From NCBI GenBank assembly GCA_964550505.1, contig CAZJZP010000002.1, positions 1-32,077 of the forward strand: a stretch of DNA of 32,077 bases, in the 5' to 3' direction. Position numbers and translations under genes: made by a program. Positions 1 to 7,477 of the stretch are shown here, one piece after another. The notes beneath the pieces were generated by a model. The model did not search any database. It was not told the origin of the DNA and saw only the letters and a list, made by a program, of their open reading frames with translations. The stretch is from an uncultured Prolixibacteraceae bacterium (GTDB taxonomy: Bacteria; Bacteroidota; Bacteroidia; Bacteroidales; CAZJZP01). Position 1 is the first letter of the stretch. Every line of letters begins with the position of its first letter.

Positions 1-389
1 AACCATTCTTTTTCGTCAATTTCTTGTAATTGATGTTTCATCACTTCGGGCATTCTACTGATAAGAGTCAAATAGTCGGTTTCTGGCTTTTCGTTTAGCT
101 CTTTTTCCAAGTCTTTAAATTCTGAATAATAACGCAAAGCGAGGTTTTTATTAAGACTATAGGTTGAATCATCGCCCATATTTTCAACAAGCATTGCAAG
201 TTCAATTTTTCCCCTGATAAGTTCATTGGCAATTAGGCTTCGGATTTCCAGTTCTTTTTCTCTATAAACTCCAGGTATTTTACAATTTATGTCTAGCTGT
301 TTGCTGTTAAGACTTCTGATTTGAAGAAAGATAATTTTATTCGCAACTTCAAATTGCATTTTTGCGAAGCCTGTCATTGATTGTAGCAT
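1..389 (-). CDS. yicC: YicC family stress-induced protein, N-terminal part (3' end runs off the window start)
   Basis: Not in the ORF track. Manual minus-strand translation from the ATG at 389-387 is open to position 1. It reads MLQSMTGFAKMQFEVANKIIFLQIRSLNSKQLDINCKIPGVYREKELEIRSLIANELIRGKIELAMLVEN..., and the M-x-QSMTGF N-terminus is typical of YicC. Confidence 0.8.
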   Translation of the reverse strand, partial: MLQSMTGFAKMQFEVANKIIFLQIRSLNSKQLDINCKIPGVYREKELEIRSLIANELIRGKIELAMLVENMGDDSTYSLNKNLALRYYSEFKDLEKELNEKPETDYLTLISRMPEVMKHQLQEIDEKEW

Positions 390-415
390 GCTGTTTATTT
401 TTATTTATACTTATG

Positions 416-1505
416 TTATTTATTATTTCCATATTCCATTAAAAAAGCTTTGATAAAAGCATCAATATCGCCATCCATCACAGCATTTACATTTCCTGTT
501 TCGACTCCTGTACGGAGATCTTTAACCAATTTATAAGGATGCATTACATAATTTCGTATTTGAGAACCCCATTCGATTTTCTTTTTCCCAGCTTCTTCTT
601 CTTCTTGTTTCTCTCGTTGCTTGCGCAATTCGAGTTCGTAAAGTTGTGATTTCAACATTTTCAAGGCTTTTTCTCTGTTTTTACCTTGCGAACGGGTTTC
701 TTGGCATTCGATAACAATATTGCTGGGAGCATGTTTTAGTCGCACCGCCGATTCAATTTTATTCACACCCTGTCCTCCAGGACCGCTAGAACGAAAAGTA
801 TCCCAAGAAATATCTGCGGGATTAATATCTATTTCGATATGATCATCCACCAGCGGATAAGCATAAACAGAAGCAAAAGAGGTGTGTCTTTTGTGTGCTG
901 CATCGAAAGGAGATATTCTAACCAAGCGATGAACGCCGCTTTCCCCTTTTAAATATCCATAGGCAAATTCACCTTCAAACTCTATGGAGCAGGATTTTAT
1001 TCCGGCATGTTCGCCTTCTTGTCTTTCTAAAACACTAGTCTTAATATCGTTTTTTTCTGCCCAACGGAGATACATGCGCATCAACATTTCAGCCCAATCC
1101 TGGCTTTCTGTTCCACCTGCACCAGAGTTGATATTCAAGATAGCATTTAAACTGTCTTCTTCAGCGCCCAACATTTTAAGAAACTCTAAGTCTTCAATGG
1201 TTTTTTTTGCACTTTGATATGCTTTTTCCATTTCTTCTTCTTCGACTTCGCCTGCTTCAAAAAACTCAAATAAAACAGCTGAGTCGTCCACTTTTGTTTT
1301 TGCTTTATCGTATGCTTTAGTCCAGTTTTTTATGGCTTTTATTTCGCGAAGAAGGATTTCTGCTTCTTTGGGATTATCCCAGAAGTTTTCTTGTACGCTA
1401 ATTCTTTCTTTTTCTGCTATTTCATTTCTTTTGCCGTCAATGTCAAAGATACCTCCTTAAAGCTTCTATGCTTTCCTTTAGTTCATCGAGTTGTTCTTTT
1501 GTCAT
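416..1505 (-). CDS. prfB: Peptide chain release factor 2, expressed through a programmed +1 frameshift (frame 0: 1505-1446; frame +1: 1444-416)
   Basis: The track ORF 416..1291 carries the RF2 SPF motif (RISPFD) and GGQ motif (SGPGGQGVNK). Upstream, the ATG at 1505 opens MTKEQLDELKESIEALRRYL followed by TGA. After a +1 shift at CTT-TGA-C, the reading DIDGKRNEIAEKERISVQENFWDNPKEAE... continues in frame into the track ORF. Confidence 0.95.
1442..1458 (-). promoter_or_regulatory. prfB +1 frameshift cassette: AGGAGG-TAT-CTT-TGA-C (internal SD-like element plus slippery CUU and in-frame UGA)
   Basis: The minus strand of 1458-1442 reads AAGGAGGTATCTTTGAC. CTT is 1448-1446, TGA is 1445-1443 and C is 1442. 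This matches the canonical bacterial RF2 autoregulatory site. Confidence 0.9.
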
Positions 1506-1533
1506 TGTTTTCAGATTAAATTATCATTCGTGG

Positions 1534-1541
1534 CAAAGGTA
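1534..1541 (-). promoter_or_regulatory. Candidate Bacteroidetes -7 promoter box (TACCTTTG = TAnnTTTG) upstream of prfB
   Basis: The plus strand reads CAAAGGTA at 1534-1541, 29 nt upstream of the prfB ATG (1505). No clear -33 TTTG is present. Confidence 0.35.
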
Positions 1542-1567
1542 TAAAAAAAGCCCGTTTTATGGAGAAA

Positions 1568-2041
1568 TCATTTTTGAAAGAATAGTTCTATATTTTCTTT
1601 GATAATATCATATTCATAACCACGACCTAATAAATAGCGAATGATTTTTTGTTTTTTTTCTATGGCGTTTTTCGCTTTAACTTCCTTAGATTTTTTAATA
1701 ATAAGTTCTTGTAAAACGCTATGGTATTGTTCTTCATCTATCTCTTTAAGAGCAGTTTGAATACAAGGAGTAGAAATCCTCTTTTTTTTCAGTTCAGCAA
1801 TAATTTTGTTTCTTCCCCAATGTTTAATCTTGAATTTCCCTCTGGCAAATGTTTTAGCATAACGTTCTTCATTAATAAAACCTTCACTGATTAAATCGGC
1901 GATAACTTCCAGACTTTCATCGTAACTCATTCCCCAGGAAATTATTTTTTGCAGCATCTCTGACTGACAACGTTCCTGATAAGCGCAGCTTTTTTGAGCT
2001 TTTGCTAATGCTTGAGAATGGGTATAGACTTTTTTCGCCAT
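1568..2041 (-). CDS. recX: Regulatory protein RecX
   Basis: 157 aa. CAYQERCQSEM...GFINEERYAKTFARGKFKIKHWGRNKIIAELKKKRIS matches the helical-repeat pattern of Bacteroidetes RecX. Confidence 0.85.
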   Translation of the reverse strand: MAKKVYTHSQALAKAQKSCAYQERCQSEMLQKIISWGMSYDESLEVIADLISEGFINEERYAKTFARGKFKIKHWGRNKIIAELKKKRISTPCIQTALKEIDEEQYHSVLQELIIKKSKEVKAKNAIEKKQKIIRYLLGRGYEYDIIKENIELFFQK

Positions 2042-2050
2042 AAAAAGACG

Positions 2051-3604
2051 CTAAATTTTTATTTCATCATCTTCTTTGTTATAAAAATGATATTCAAGGA
2101 AGTGATGTGAGCTAAGAGCTTGAATTTTAATACGACGTTTAAACTTTTTATACCATTTCCAGCGTATGGAAAAAAGCCCTTTTGTCAAGAATGCATAAAT
2201 ATATGGATGTACTGTTAGTTTAATAAACTTTTCATTTTGTTCTTGAATCAAGTATCGAATATCGTTTTCAATTTCATCAACAAAGAGAATGCTGGCTTTA
2301 ATTTCTCCACTTCCTCCGCAGGAAGGACATTTTTCAACGGTTTTAATATCTGTTTCTGGTCTTACTCTTTGTCGTGTAATCTGCACTAAACCAAACTTAC
2401 TCGGCGGAAGAATACTATGCTTGGCATTATCCGCTTTCATTTCTTCCTTCATTTTTTCATAAAGGAGTCTGCGATTTTTCCCTTGTTGTAGATCAATAAA
2501 ATCTACCACAATAATTCCGCCCATATCACGGAGTCGAAGTTGACGGGCAACTTCTTTAGCAAGATTTAGGTTTACTTGAAGGGCATTTTCTTCTTGATTT
2601 TTTGAAGAGTCCACTCCATGGTGTCCGCTATTAACATCGATAACGTGAAAGGCTTCTGTATGTTCAATAATTAAGTAAGTGCCATCGTCAAGCGATACTT
2701 TTTTCCCGAAAGAAGATTTTATTTGCTTTTCAATTCCGTAGTGTTCCATAATTGGCGTTTTGCCTTTATGAAGTTTAAGAATATCGGCTTGTTTAGGAGA
2801 AAATCGGGAAAGATATTCTTTTACATCAGCAAGCAAAGCTTGGTCGTTGACGACAATACTTGAAAATGACTCGTTAAGAAGATCGCGTAAAACAGCAAGC
2901 GAACGACCCAAGTCGCCAAATATTTTAGCAGGGGCTTTGCTTTGAGAAAGACGCTTGATAGTTGTTTCCCATTTATTAATCAAATCACGCATTTCATTAT
3001 CCAGTTCAGCTACTTTTTTGTGTTCAGCAGCTGTACGTAATATTAAACCATAATTATTGGGTTTAATACTTTGCATGAGGCGTTTCAGTCGATTTCTGTT
3101 ATCGAAATTTTTGATTTTTTGGGAAATGGAAATTTTGTTTGAAAAAGGCATTAGCACCATATATCTTCCAGGAATAGCAATTTCCGTAGAAATTTTTGGT
3201 CCTTTTGTAGAGATAGGTTCCTTTGCAATTTGGGCTAAAACAAACTGTCCGCCTTTGATTACTTGAGATATTTTCCCAGCCTTATCAATCTCTTTTTCCA
3301 AACGAAAGTCTTCCATCGGAATGGCCTTGTTCTTTCCTTGCAGATGATGTGTAACGTATTTATTAAGGCTTTTTACTTGTGGACCCATATCAAGATAGTG
3401 CAAAAAAGCATCTTTGCCATATCCAACATCCACAAAAGCAGCATTTAACCCATTAACTATTTTTCTGACCTTACCTAAGTAAATGTCGCCAACAGCATAG
3501 GTTTTGTTGTTTTTTTCTTTATGTAATTCGACTAACCTCTTATCTTCAAGAAGGGCTATTCTAACTTCTGATTCCGAAGAATCAATGATTAATTCTCTCT
3601 CCAC
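2051..3604 (-). CDS. rng: Rne/Rng family ribonuclease (RNase G-like)
   Basis: 517 aa with a GTG start. It has an N-terminal S1-like region (GDIYLGKVRKIVNGLNAAFVDVG), a DNase-I-like catalytic core (HVIDVNSG, IIVVDFIDL) and a CPSCGGSG zinc-link motif. Confidence 0.9.
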   Translation of the reverse strand: MERELIIDSSESEVRIALLEDKRLVELHKEKNNKTYAVGDIYLGKVRKIVNGLNAAFVDVGYGKDAFLHYLDMGPQVKSLNKYVTHHLQGKNKAIPMEDFRLEKEIDKAGKISQVIKGGQFVLAQIAKEPISTKGPKISTEIAIPGRYMVLMPFSNKISISQKIKNFDNRNRLKRLMQSIKPNNYGLILRTAAEHKKVAELDNEMRDLINKWETTIKRLSQSKAPAKIFGDLGRSLAVLRDLLNESFSSIVVNDQALLADVKEYLSRFSPKQADILKLHKGKTPIMEHYGIEKQIKSSFGKKVSLDDGTYLIIEHTEAFHVIDVNSGHHGVDSSKNQEENALQVNLNLAKEVARQLRLRDMGGIIVVDFIDLQQGKNRRLLYEKMKEEMKADNAKHSILPPSKFGLVQITRQRVRPETDIKTVEKCPSCGGSGEIKASILFVDEIENDIRYLIQEQNEKFIKLTVHPYIYAFLTKGLFSIRWKWYKKFKRRIKIQALSSHHFLEYHFYNKEDDEIKI

Positions 3605-3683
3605 TGTTTAAAATCTTTATTAATATGTTTATTTTTTAAACAAGTTTGAGCAATATAAGACAAGACAAAACAATTATAAACAA

Positions 3684-3730
3684 CAAACTTTATTTACCCT
3701 CATACAGTAGTAATTGGCAAATAAAGTTTG
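3684..3730 (-). terminator. Hairpin downstream of the hup/bS22 genes, a candidate intrinsic terminator
   Basis: CAAACTTTATTT (3684-3695) pairs with AAATAAAGTTTG (3719-3730). CC/GG extends the stem across one mismatch. On the minus strand a T-rich tail (TTGTTTAT) follows. Confidence 0.45.
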
Positions 3731-3754
3731 TGTAATTCATTCAGCCAAGAGGAA

Positions 3755-3844
3755 TTATTTCTTTTTATGTCTGTTTTTACGCAGTCTTTTCTTCCTCTTG
3801 TGCGTTGCCATCTTGTGTCGTTTTCTTTTTTTTCCGCTTGGCAT
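3755..3844 (-). CDS. 29-aa highly basic micro-protein, AURKAIP1/COX24-domain (ribosomal bS22/mS38-like)
   Basis: Not in the ORF track because it is under 61 aa. The minus strand runs from the ATG at 3844 to TAA at 3757-3755 and encodes MPSGKKRKRHKMATHKRKKRLRKNRHKKK. From memory, this matches the conserved Bacteroidetes small protein annotated as AURKAIP1/COX24 domain-containing. Confidence 0.7.
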   Translation of the reverse strand: MPSGKKRKRHKMATHKRKKRLRKNRHKKK

Positions 3845-3868
3845 AATAGTATTTTTTAAATGATACGT

Positions 3869-4153
3869 TTATTTAAGTTTCTTTTTAATATCTGATGCAA
3901 AGCTTTTAGCTGGTTTAAAAGCAGGGATTTTGTGAGCTGGAATAATTATAGTCGTATTTTTTGAAATATTTCTTCCTGTTTTTTGAGCTCTTTCTTTAAT
4001 AATAAAGCTACCAAAACCTCTAAGATATACATTTTCTCCTTTAAGCATTGATGCTTTTACTGTGCTCATAAATGCTTCTACTGTAGCTTGAACAGCAACT
4101 TTTTCAATTCCCGTTTTGTTTGCAATTTCCGCAACTATTTCTGCTTTTGTCAT
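3869..4153 (-). CDS. hup: HU family DNA-binding protein
   Basis: 94 aa. MTKAEIVAEIANKTGI...VYLRGFGSFIIKERAQKTGRNISKNTTIIIPAHKIPAFKPAKSF is a classic HU/IHF fold signature. Confidence 0.95.
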   Translation of the reverse strand: MTKAEIVAEIANKTGIEKVAVQATVEAFMSTVKASMLKGENVYLRGFGSFIIKERAQKTGRNISKNTTIIIPAHKIPAFKPAKSFASDIKKKLK

Positions 4154-4197
4154 AATTCTTTCAATTTTAATAATTAATAATTTTATTTCTAGGGCTG

Positions 4198-4205
4198 CAA
4201 ATATA
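4198..4205 (-). promoter_or_regulatory. Candidate -7 promoter box TATATTTG for hup
   Basis: The plus strand reads CAAATATA at 4198-4205, about 45 nt upstream of the hup ATG (4153). Confidence 0.4.
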
Positions 4206-4415
4206 GAATAATTTTTATCGTTTTTAAAAATATTTTTATAATTATTTTGATTTTTTTTTATTATATTTAAGTGATAATGAGTAATAAATGCAAGTATTGT
4301 CTTGATCTTGTCTTATTATAATTGCACATAAAAGCTGCAAATTTTACTATGTTTTGATTTATTGTTCAGACGAATAATTATAAGACTTCTTTTCCATAAT
4401 CTAAATATTATGTCT

Positions 4416-4423
4416 TATTTTTG
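4416..4423 (+). promoter_or_regulatory. Candidate -7 promoter box TATTTTTG for mutY
   Basis: TAnnTTTG at 4416-4423 overlaps the TTG start used by the ORF track (4421). This argues that translation starts at the ATG at 4436 or 4442. Confidence 0.35.
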
Positions 4424-4435
4424 AGCATTTTATGT

Positions 4436-5494
4436 ATGTTTATGCGCAAGTTTTCATCAAAAATAATTAGTTGGTATTGGAAAAACAGACGTTTTCTTCC
4501 GTGGAAGGAGACAAAAGACCCTTATAAAATATGGGTTTCAGAAATAATTTTGCAGCAAACACGTGTAGAACAAGGTCGTTCTTATTATTTACGTTTTATT
4601 GAAAACTTTCCCTCTGTTGCCGTTTTAGCCAAAGCAAAAGAAGAAGAGGTATTGCATTTATGGCAAGGATTGGGTTATTATTCTAGGGCTAGAAATATGC
4701 ATACAGCAGCAAAGCAGATAATTACAGATTTTAATGGCGTTTTTCCACGCAATTATCATGATATTCTTTCTTTAAAAGGAGTTGGCGAATATACTGCTAA
4801 AGCCATTGCTTCTTATTCTTATAATGATGCATATGCTGTTGTAGATGCTAATGTAAAACGAATAATTGCCCGAATTTATGGAATTGTAGAAGCAGTGGAT
4901 ACCCTCTCGACAAAAAAACAGATTACTTTGATTCTGGAAGGCTTGTTGGATAAAACCCAAGCAGCCGTTTTTAATCAGGCAATGATGGATTTTGGATCTT
5001 TAGTTTGTTTAGCCAAGAATCCGAAATGTGGTATTTGTGTTTTTTCAGCTGATTGCAAGGCTTATAAACAGCATACAACAGATTTAATTCCTGTTAGAAG
5101 GGCAAAAATCAAACAGAAAAAAAGGTATTTCCATTATATAATATGTGTGGATAAAAATAAGAATACATTAATACATAAGCGAATAAAAAAAGATATTTGG
5201 CAACATTTATACGAATTTCCTCTTTTTGAAGATAAGCAAATATTATCAAAGAGAGACATTGTTAAAAAAATAAACATGCCTGCGCGCAACTTAGCTCTGA
5301 GTGAAACAAAAAAACATATTCTCAGCCACCAAATTATTAATGCAAACTTTTATATATTGCAATGTGAAAATTGTGAAAATTTTTCGAAGAACCTTGACTA
5401 TAATGGATTTAAGCTCGTAAAACTTGCAGAAATACGTCAATTTCCTTTCCCAAAATTAATTGAACAATATATTACTAATATATTATTCAATTAG
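4436..5494 (+). CDS. mutY: A/G-specific adenine DNA glycosylase MutY
   Basis: It has an HhH-GPD core (WVSEIILQQTRVEQ, LKGVGEYTAKAI, DANVKRI), a 4Fe-4S cluster loop (CLAKNPKCGICVFSADC) and a C-terminal NUDIX-like domain. The start was moved from the track's TTG at 4421 to the first in-frame ATG; 4442 is also possible. Confidence 0.9.
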   Translation: MFMRKFSSKIISWYWKNRRFLPWKETKDPYKIWVSEIILQQTRVEQGRSYYLRFIENFPSVAVLAKAKEEEVLHLWQGLGYYSRARNMHTAAKQIITDFNGVFPRNYHDILSLKGVGEYTAKAIASYSYNDAYAVVDANVKRIIARIYGIVEAVDTLSTKKQITLILEGLLDKTQAAVFNQAMMDFGSLVCLAKNPKCGICVFSADCKAYKQHTTDLIPVRRAKIKQKKRYFHYIICVDKNKNTLIHKRIKKDIWQHLYEFPLFEDKQILSKRDIVKKINMPARNLALSETKKHILSHQIINANFYILQCENCENFSKNLDYNGFKLVKLAEIRQFPFPKLIEQYITNILFN

Positions 5495-5526
5495 TTTGTT
5501 TTTTGCTGATAATTAGATAAAAACTA

Positions 5527-5559
5527 TTTGACTTACTAAGGATTATTGTTATATCTTTG
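5527..5559 (+). promoter_or_regulatory. Bacteroidetes sigma-A type promoter for ssb: TTTG (-33) - 21 nt - TATCTTTG (-7)
   Basis: TTTG lies at 5527-5530 and TAnnTTTG at 5552-5559. The spacing fits the TTTG-N19-21-TAnnTTTG consensus. Confidence 0.55.
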
Positions 5560-5597
5560 TAGCAACAAATCGAATGTTTAATCAAAAATTTAGAATT

Positions 5598-6029
5598 ATG
5601 GCTGGAGTAAATCGAGTTATTTTAGTAGGAAACTTAGGGAAAGACCCTGAAGTTAGAAGTTTGGAAAGTGGAACAAAAGTAGCATCGTTTCCATTGGCAA
5701 CGAGTGAATCGTACACAAAAGACGGAGAACGTCAAACAATTACAGAATGGCACAACCTTGTTGTTTGGAGGGGTTTAGCAGAGGTAGTTGAAAAGTATCT
5801 TAAAAAAGGAAATCAAATTTATGTGGAAGGTAAATTGCGTACTCGTAACTGGACAGATAAAGAAGGGAACAAAAGATATACTACTGAAGTTATTGTAGAT
5901 AACCTTACCATGTTAGGAGGAAAACGAGATAATGATAGTGCATATTCTCCCTCTGAGTCTAAAACAGAAGCTGCAGAAACTCAAGAAAACCCTTTTGTTG
6001 CTGACGAAACAGACGATCTTCCTTTCTAG
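5598..6029 (+). CDS. ssb: Single-stranded DNA-binding protein
   Basis: MAGVNRVILVGNLGKDPEVR...TEWHNLVVWRGLAE forms the OB fold, and the acidic C-terminal tip is DETDDLPF. The ATG at 5598 is preferred over the track start at 5574 because SSB normally begins just before the VILVGNLG strand. Confidence 0.93.
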   Translation: MAGVNRVILVGNLGKDPEVRSLESGTKVASFPLATSESYTKDGERQTITEWHNLVVWRGLAEVVEKYLKKGNQIYVEGKLRTRNWTDKEGNKRYTTEVIVDNLTMLGGKRDNDSAYSPSESKTEAAETQENPFVADETDDLPF

Positions 6030-6050
6030 CATTTAAAAAAATCTATTTAA

Positions 6051-6078
6051 AAAGAAGCACTTTGTGCTTCTTTTTTTT
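6051..6078 (+). terminator. Rho-independent terminator after ssb
   Basis: AAGAAGCAC (6052-6060) pairs perfectly with GTGCTTCTT (6064-6072) around a 3-nt loop, followed by a T run to 6078. Confidence 0.75.
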
Positions 6079-6085
6079 ATTTTTG
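6078..6085 (+). promoter_or_regulatory. Candidate -7 box TATTTTTG for gldE
   Basis: TAnnTTTG sits directly after the ssb terminator, 25 nt upstream of the ATG at 6110. Confidence 0.3.
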
Positions 6086-6109
6086 CACTTAAGTAAATCA
6101 ATAATAACT

Positions 6110-7477
6110 ATGTTGGAAGAAACCGGCGAATCCTTTTCGAGTCTTTTAATTTATCTTCAATCAAGTATTATTAAACCATTTTCATATAGTTTACCTATAG
6201 GTTTGCTTGTTTTATTGATATTAGTTATTTGTTCGGCTCTTATCTCTGGTTCAGAAGTAGCTTTTTTCTCTCTCAAGAAAACAGATATTGATGAAATGAG
6301 AAATGCAGAAAACAGAAAAGATAAATTGATTTTTTCTTTACTACAAAAGCCCAAAAAACTACTAGCAACTATCCTTATAGCAAACAACTTTATTAATATC
6401 GCAATAGTAATCCTTTCCACTTATTTAATTAGTAATACATTCTCCTTTGGAGACTATGAATTATTGGCTTTTTTCATTGAAGTTGTTGCTGTAACATCTT
6501 TGATTTTATTATTTGGAGAAATTATGCCAAAGGTTTATGCAACTGAAAAAGCAAAAAGCTTTGCTGCAAAAATGTCGCCAACTCTTTATTTTATCAATCG
6601 TTTGGCTAGCCCGTTAAGTTTACTTTTAGTTAGTAGCACCTCGTTTATTGATAAAAGAATAGAAAAAAAAGGCCATGAAATTTCTAAGGATGAATTGTCT
6701 GAAGCAATTGATATAACAACGCATAATAACTCTAAAAAAGAAGAAAAACAAATGCTCAAAGGCATAGTGCATTTGGGAAATACAGAAGTTAGTGAAATAA
6801 TGAAATCAAGAGTTGATGTTACGGCAGTTGAACAGCATACCAGATTTCATGAGCTGTTAGCACTGTTCAAAGAAAGTGGATTTTCCCGTATTCCCGTTTA
6901 TGAAAAGAGTTTTGATAATGTATCCGGACTTGTTTATATTAAAGATTTAATTCCTTATTTAGACAAAGCTGAAGACTTTGATTGGACAATTATTCTTCGC
7001 CCAGCATTCTTTGTTCCTGAGAACAAAAGAATTAATGATTTGCTAAGTGAATTTAAAAAGAAAAAAATCCACATGGCGATTGTGGTTGATGAATATGGCG
7101 GAACTTCTGGTATTGTTACAATGGAAGATATTTTAGAGGAAATAGTTGGCGACATTAATGATGAGTTTGATACCGAAGAGGACGAAAAAGAATACCAAAA
7201 AATCAATAACAACACCTATATTTTCGATGGTAGGACGAGTATTATTGACGTGTGTAGGATTATCAATCAAGAATATAGTTTTTTTGAAGAGATAAAAGGA
7301 GAAGCAGATTCTTTAGCTGGTTTATTACTGGAAATAAAAGGTAATTTCCCCGGTTTTCATGAAGAAATTAAGTATAAAAACTTTGTATTTAAAGTAATAC
7401 AATTAAGTAAAAGAAGAATTAAAAAAATTAAACTTACCATAAACACACCAAAAAAAGATGACAAAAACAAAGATTAA
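6110..7477 (+). CDS. gldE: Gliding motility-associated protein GldE (CNNM/DUF21 membrane domain + CBS pair + CorC/HlyC C-terminal domain)
   Basis: N-terminal TM helices are followed by a CBS pair (VSEIMKSRVDV..., GFSRIPVYE, KIHMAIVVDEYGGTSGIVTMEDILEEIVGDI). The gene lies immediately upstream of gldD and downstream of ssb/mutY, as in Flavobacterium. The track start at 6062 lies inside the ssb terminator, so the ATG at 6110 (MLEETGESF...) is used. Confidence 0.85.
   Translation: MLEETGESFSSLLIYLQSSIIKPFSYSLPIGLLVLLILVICSALISGSEVAFFSLKKTDIDEMRNAENRKDKLIFSLLQKPKKLLATILIANNFINIAIVILSTYLISNTFSFGDYELLAFFIEVVAVTSLILLFGEIMPKVYATEKAKSFAAKMSPTLYFINRLASPLSLLLVSSTSFIDKRIEKKGHEISKDELSEAIDITTHNNSKKEEKQMLKGIVHLGNTEVSEIMKSRVDVTAVEQHTRFHELLALFKESGFSRIPVYEKSFDNVSGLVYIKDLIPYLDKAEDFDWTIILRPAFFVPENKRINDLLSEFKKKKIHMAIVVDEYGGTSGIVTMEDILEEIVGDINDEFDTEEDEKEYQKINNNTYIFDGRTSIIDVCRIINQEYSFFEEIKGEADSLAGLLLEIKGNFPGFHEEIKYKNFVFKVIQLSKRRIKKIKLTINTPKKDDKNKD

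Noticed and set aside
984-1217. A 77-aa plus-strand ORF lies inside prfB. The same pattern applies to other ORFs inside longer conserved genes: antisense at 3057-3266, 3263-3448, 4772-4960, 6157-6420, 6955-7215, 8099-8287, 8696-9046, 10460-10645, 11621-11869, 13168-13383, 13537-13722, 14942-15127, 20826-21026, 21552-21821, 22773-23048, 24915-25133, 26168-26407, 28812-29045, 29271-29477, 30370-30591, 30984-31169 and 31578-31838, and same-strand alternate-frame at 11501-11692, 15719-15907 and 24899-25126.
   Set aside because: Each is fully embedded in a longer gene with clear conserved motifs, on the opposite strand or in another frame. Their translations are low-complexity and F/L/I/S-rich, typical of reading AT-rich coding DNA out of frame. 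None has a family signature or an upstream promoter box.
3820-3835. An A8 homopolymer lies inside the bS22-like micro-gene (GGA AAA AAA AGA) and was considered as a slippage or phase-variation site.
   Set aside because: Lys/Arg-rich coding in an AT-rich genome necessarily produces A-runs. The frame is intact, and nothing suggests an alternative frame product.
4421-4435. N-terminal extensions come from non-ATG starts in the ORF track: mutY 4421, ssb 5574, gldE 6062, DAHP synthase 9159, hypothetical 25316 and malic enzyme 28579.
   Set aside because: The extensions are not homologous to the N-termini I know for these families. They overlap a -7 box or the ssb terminator hairpin, and an in-frame ATG follows that gives a canonical N-terminus or signal peptide.
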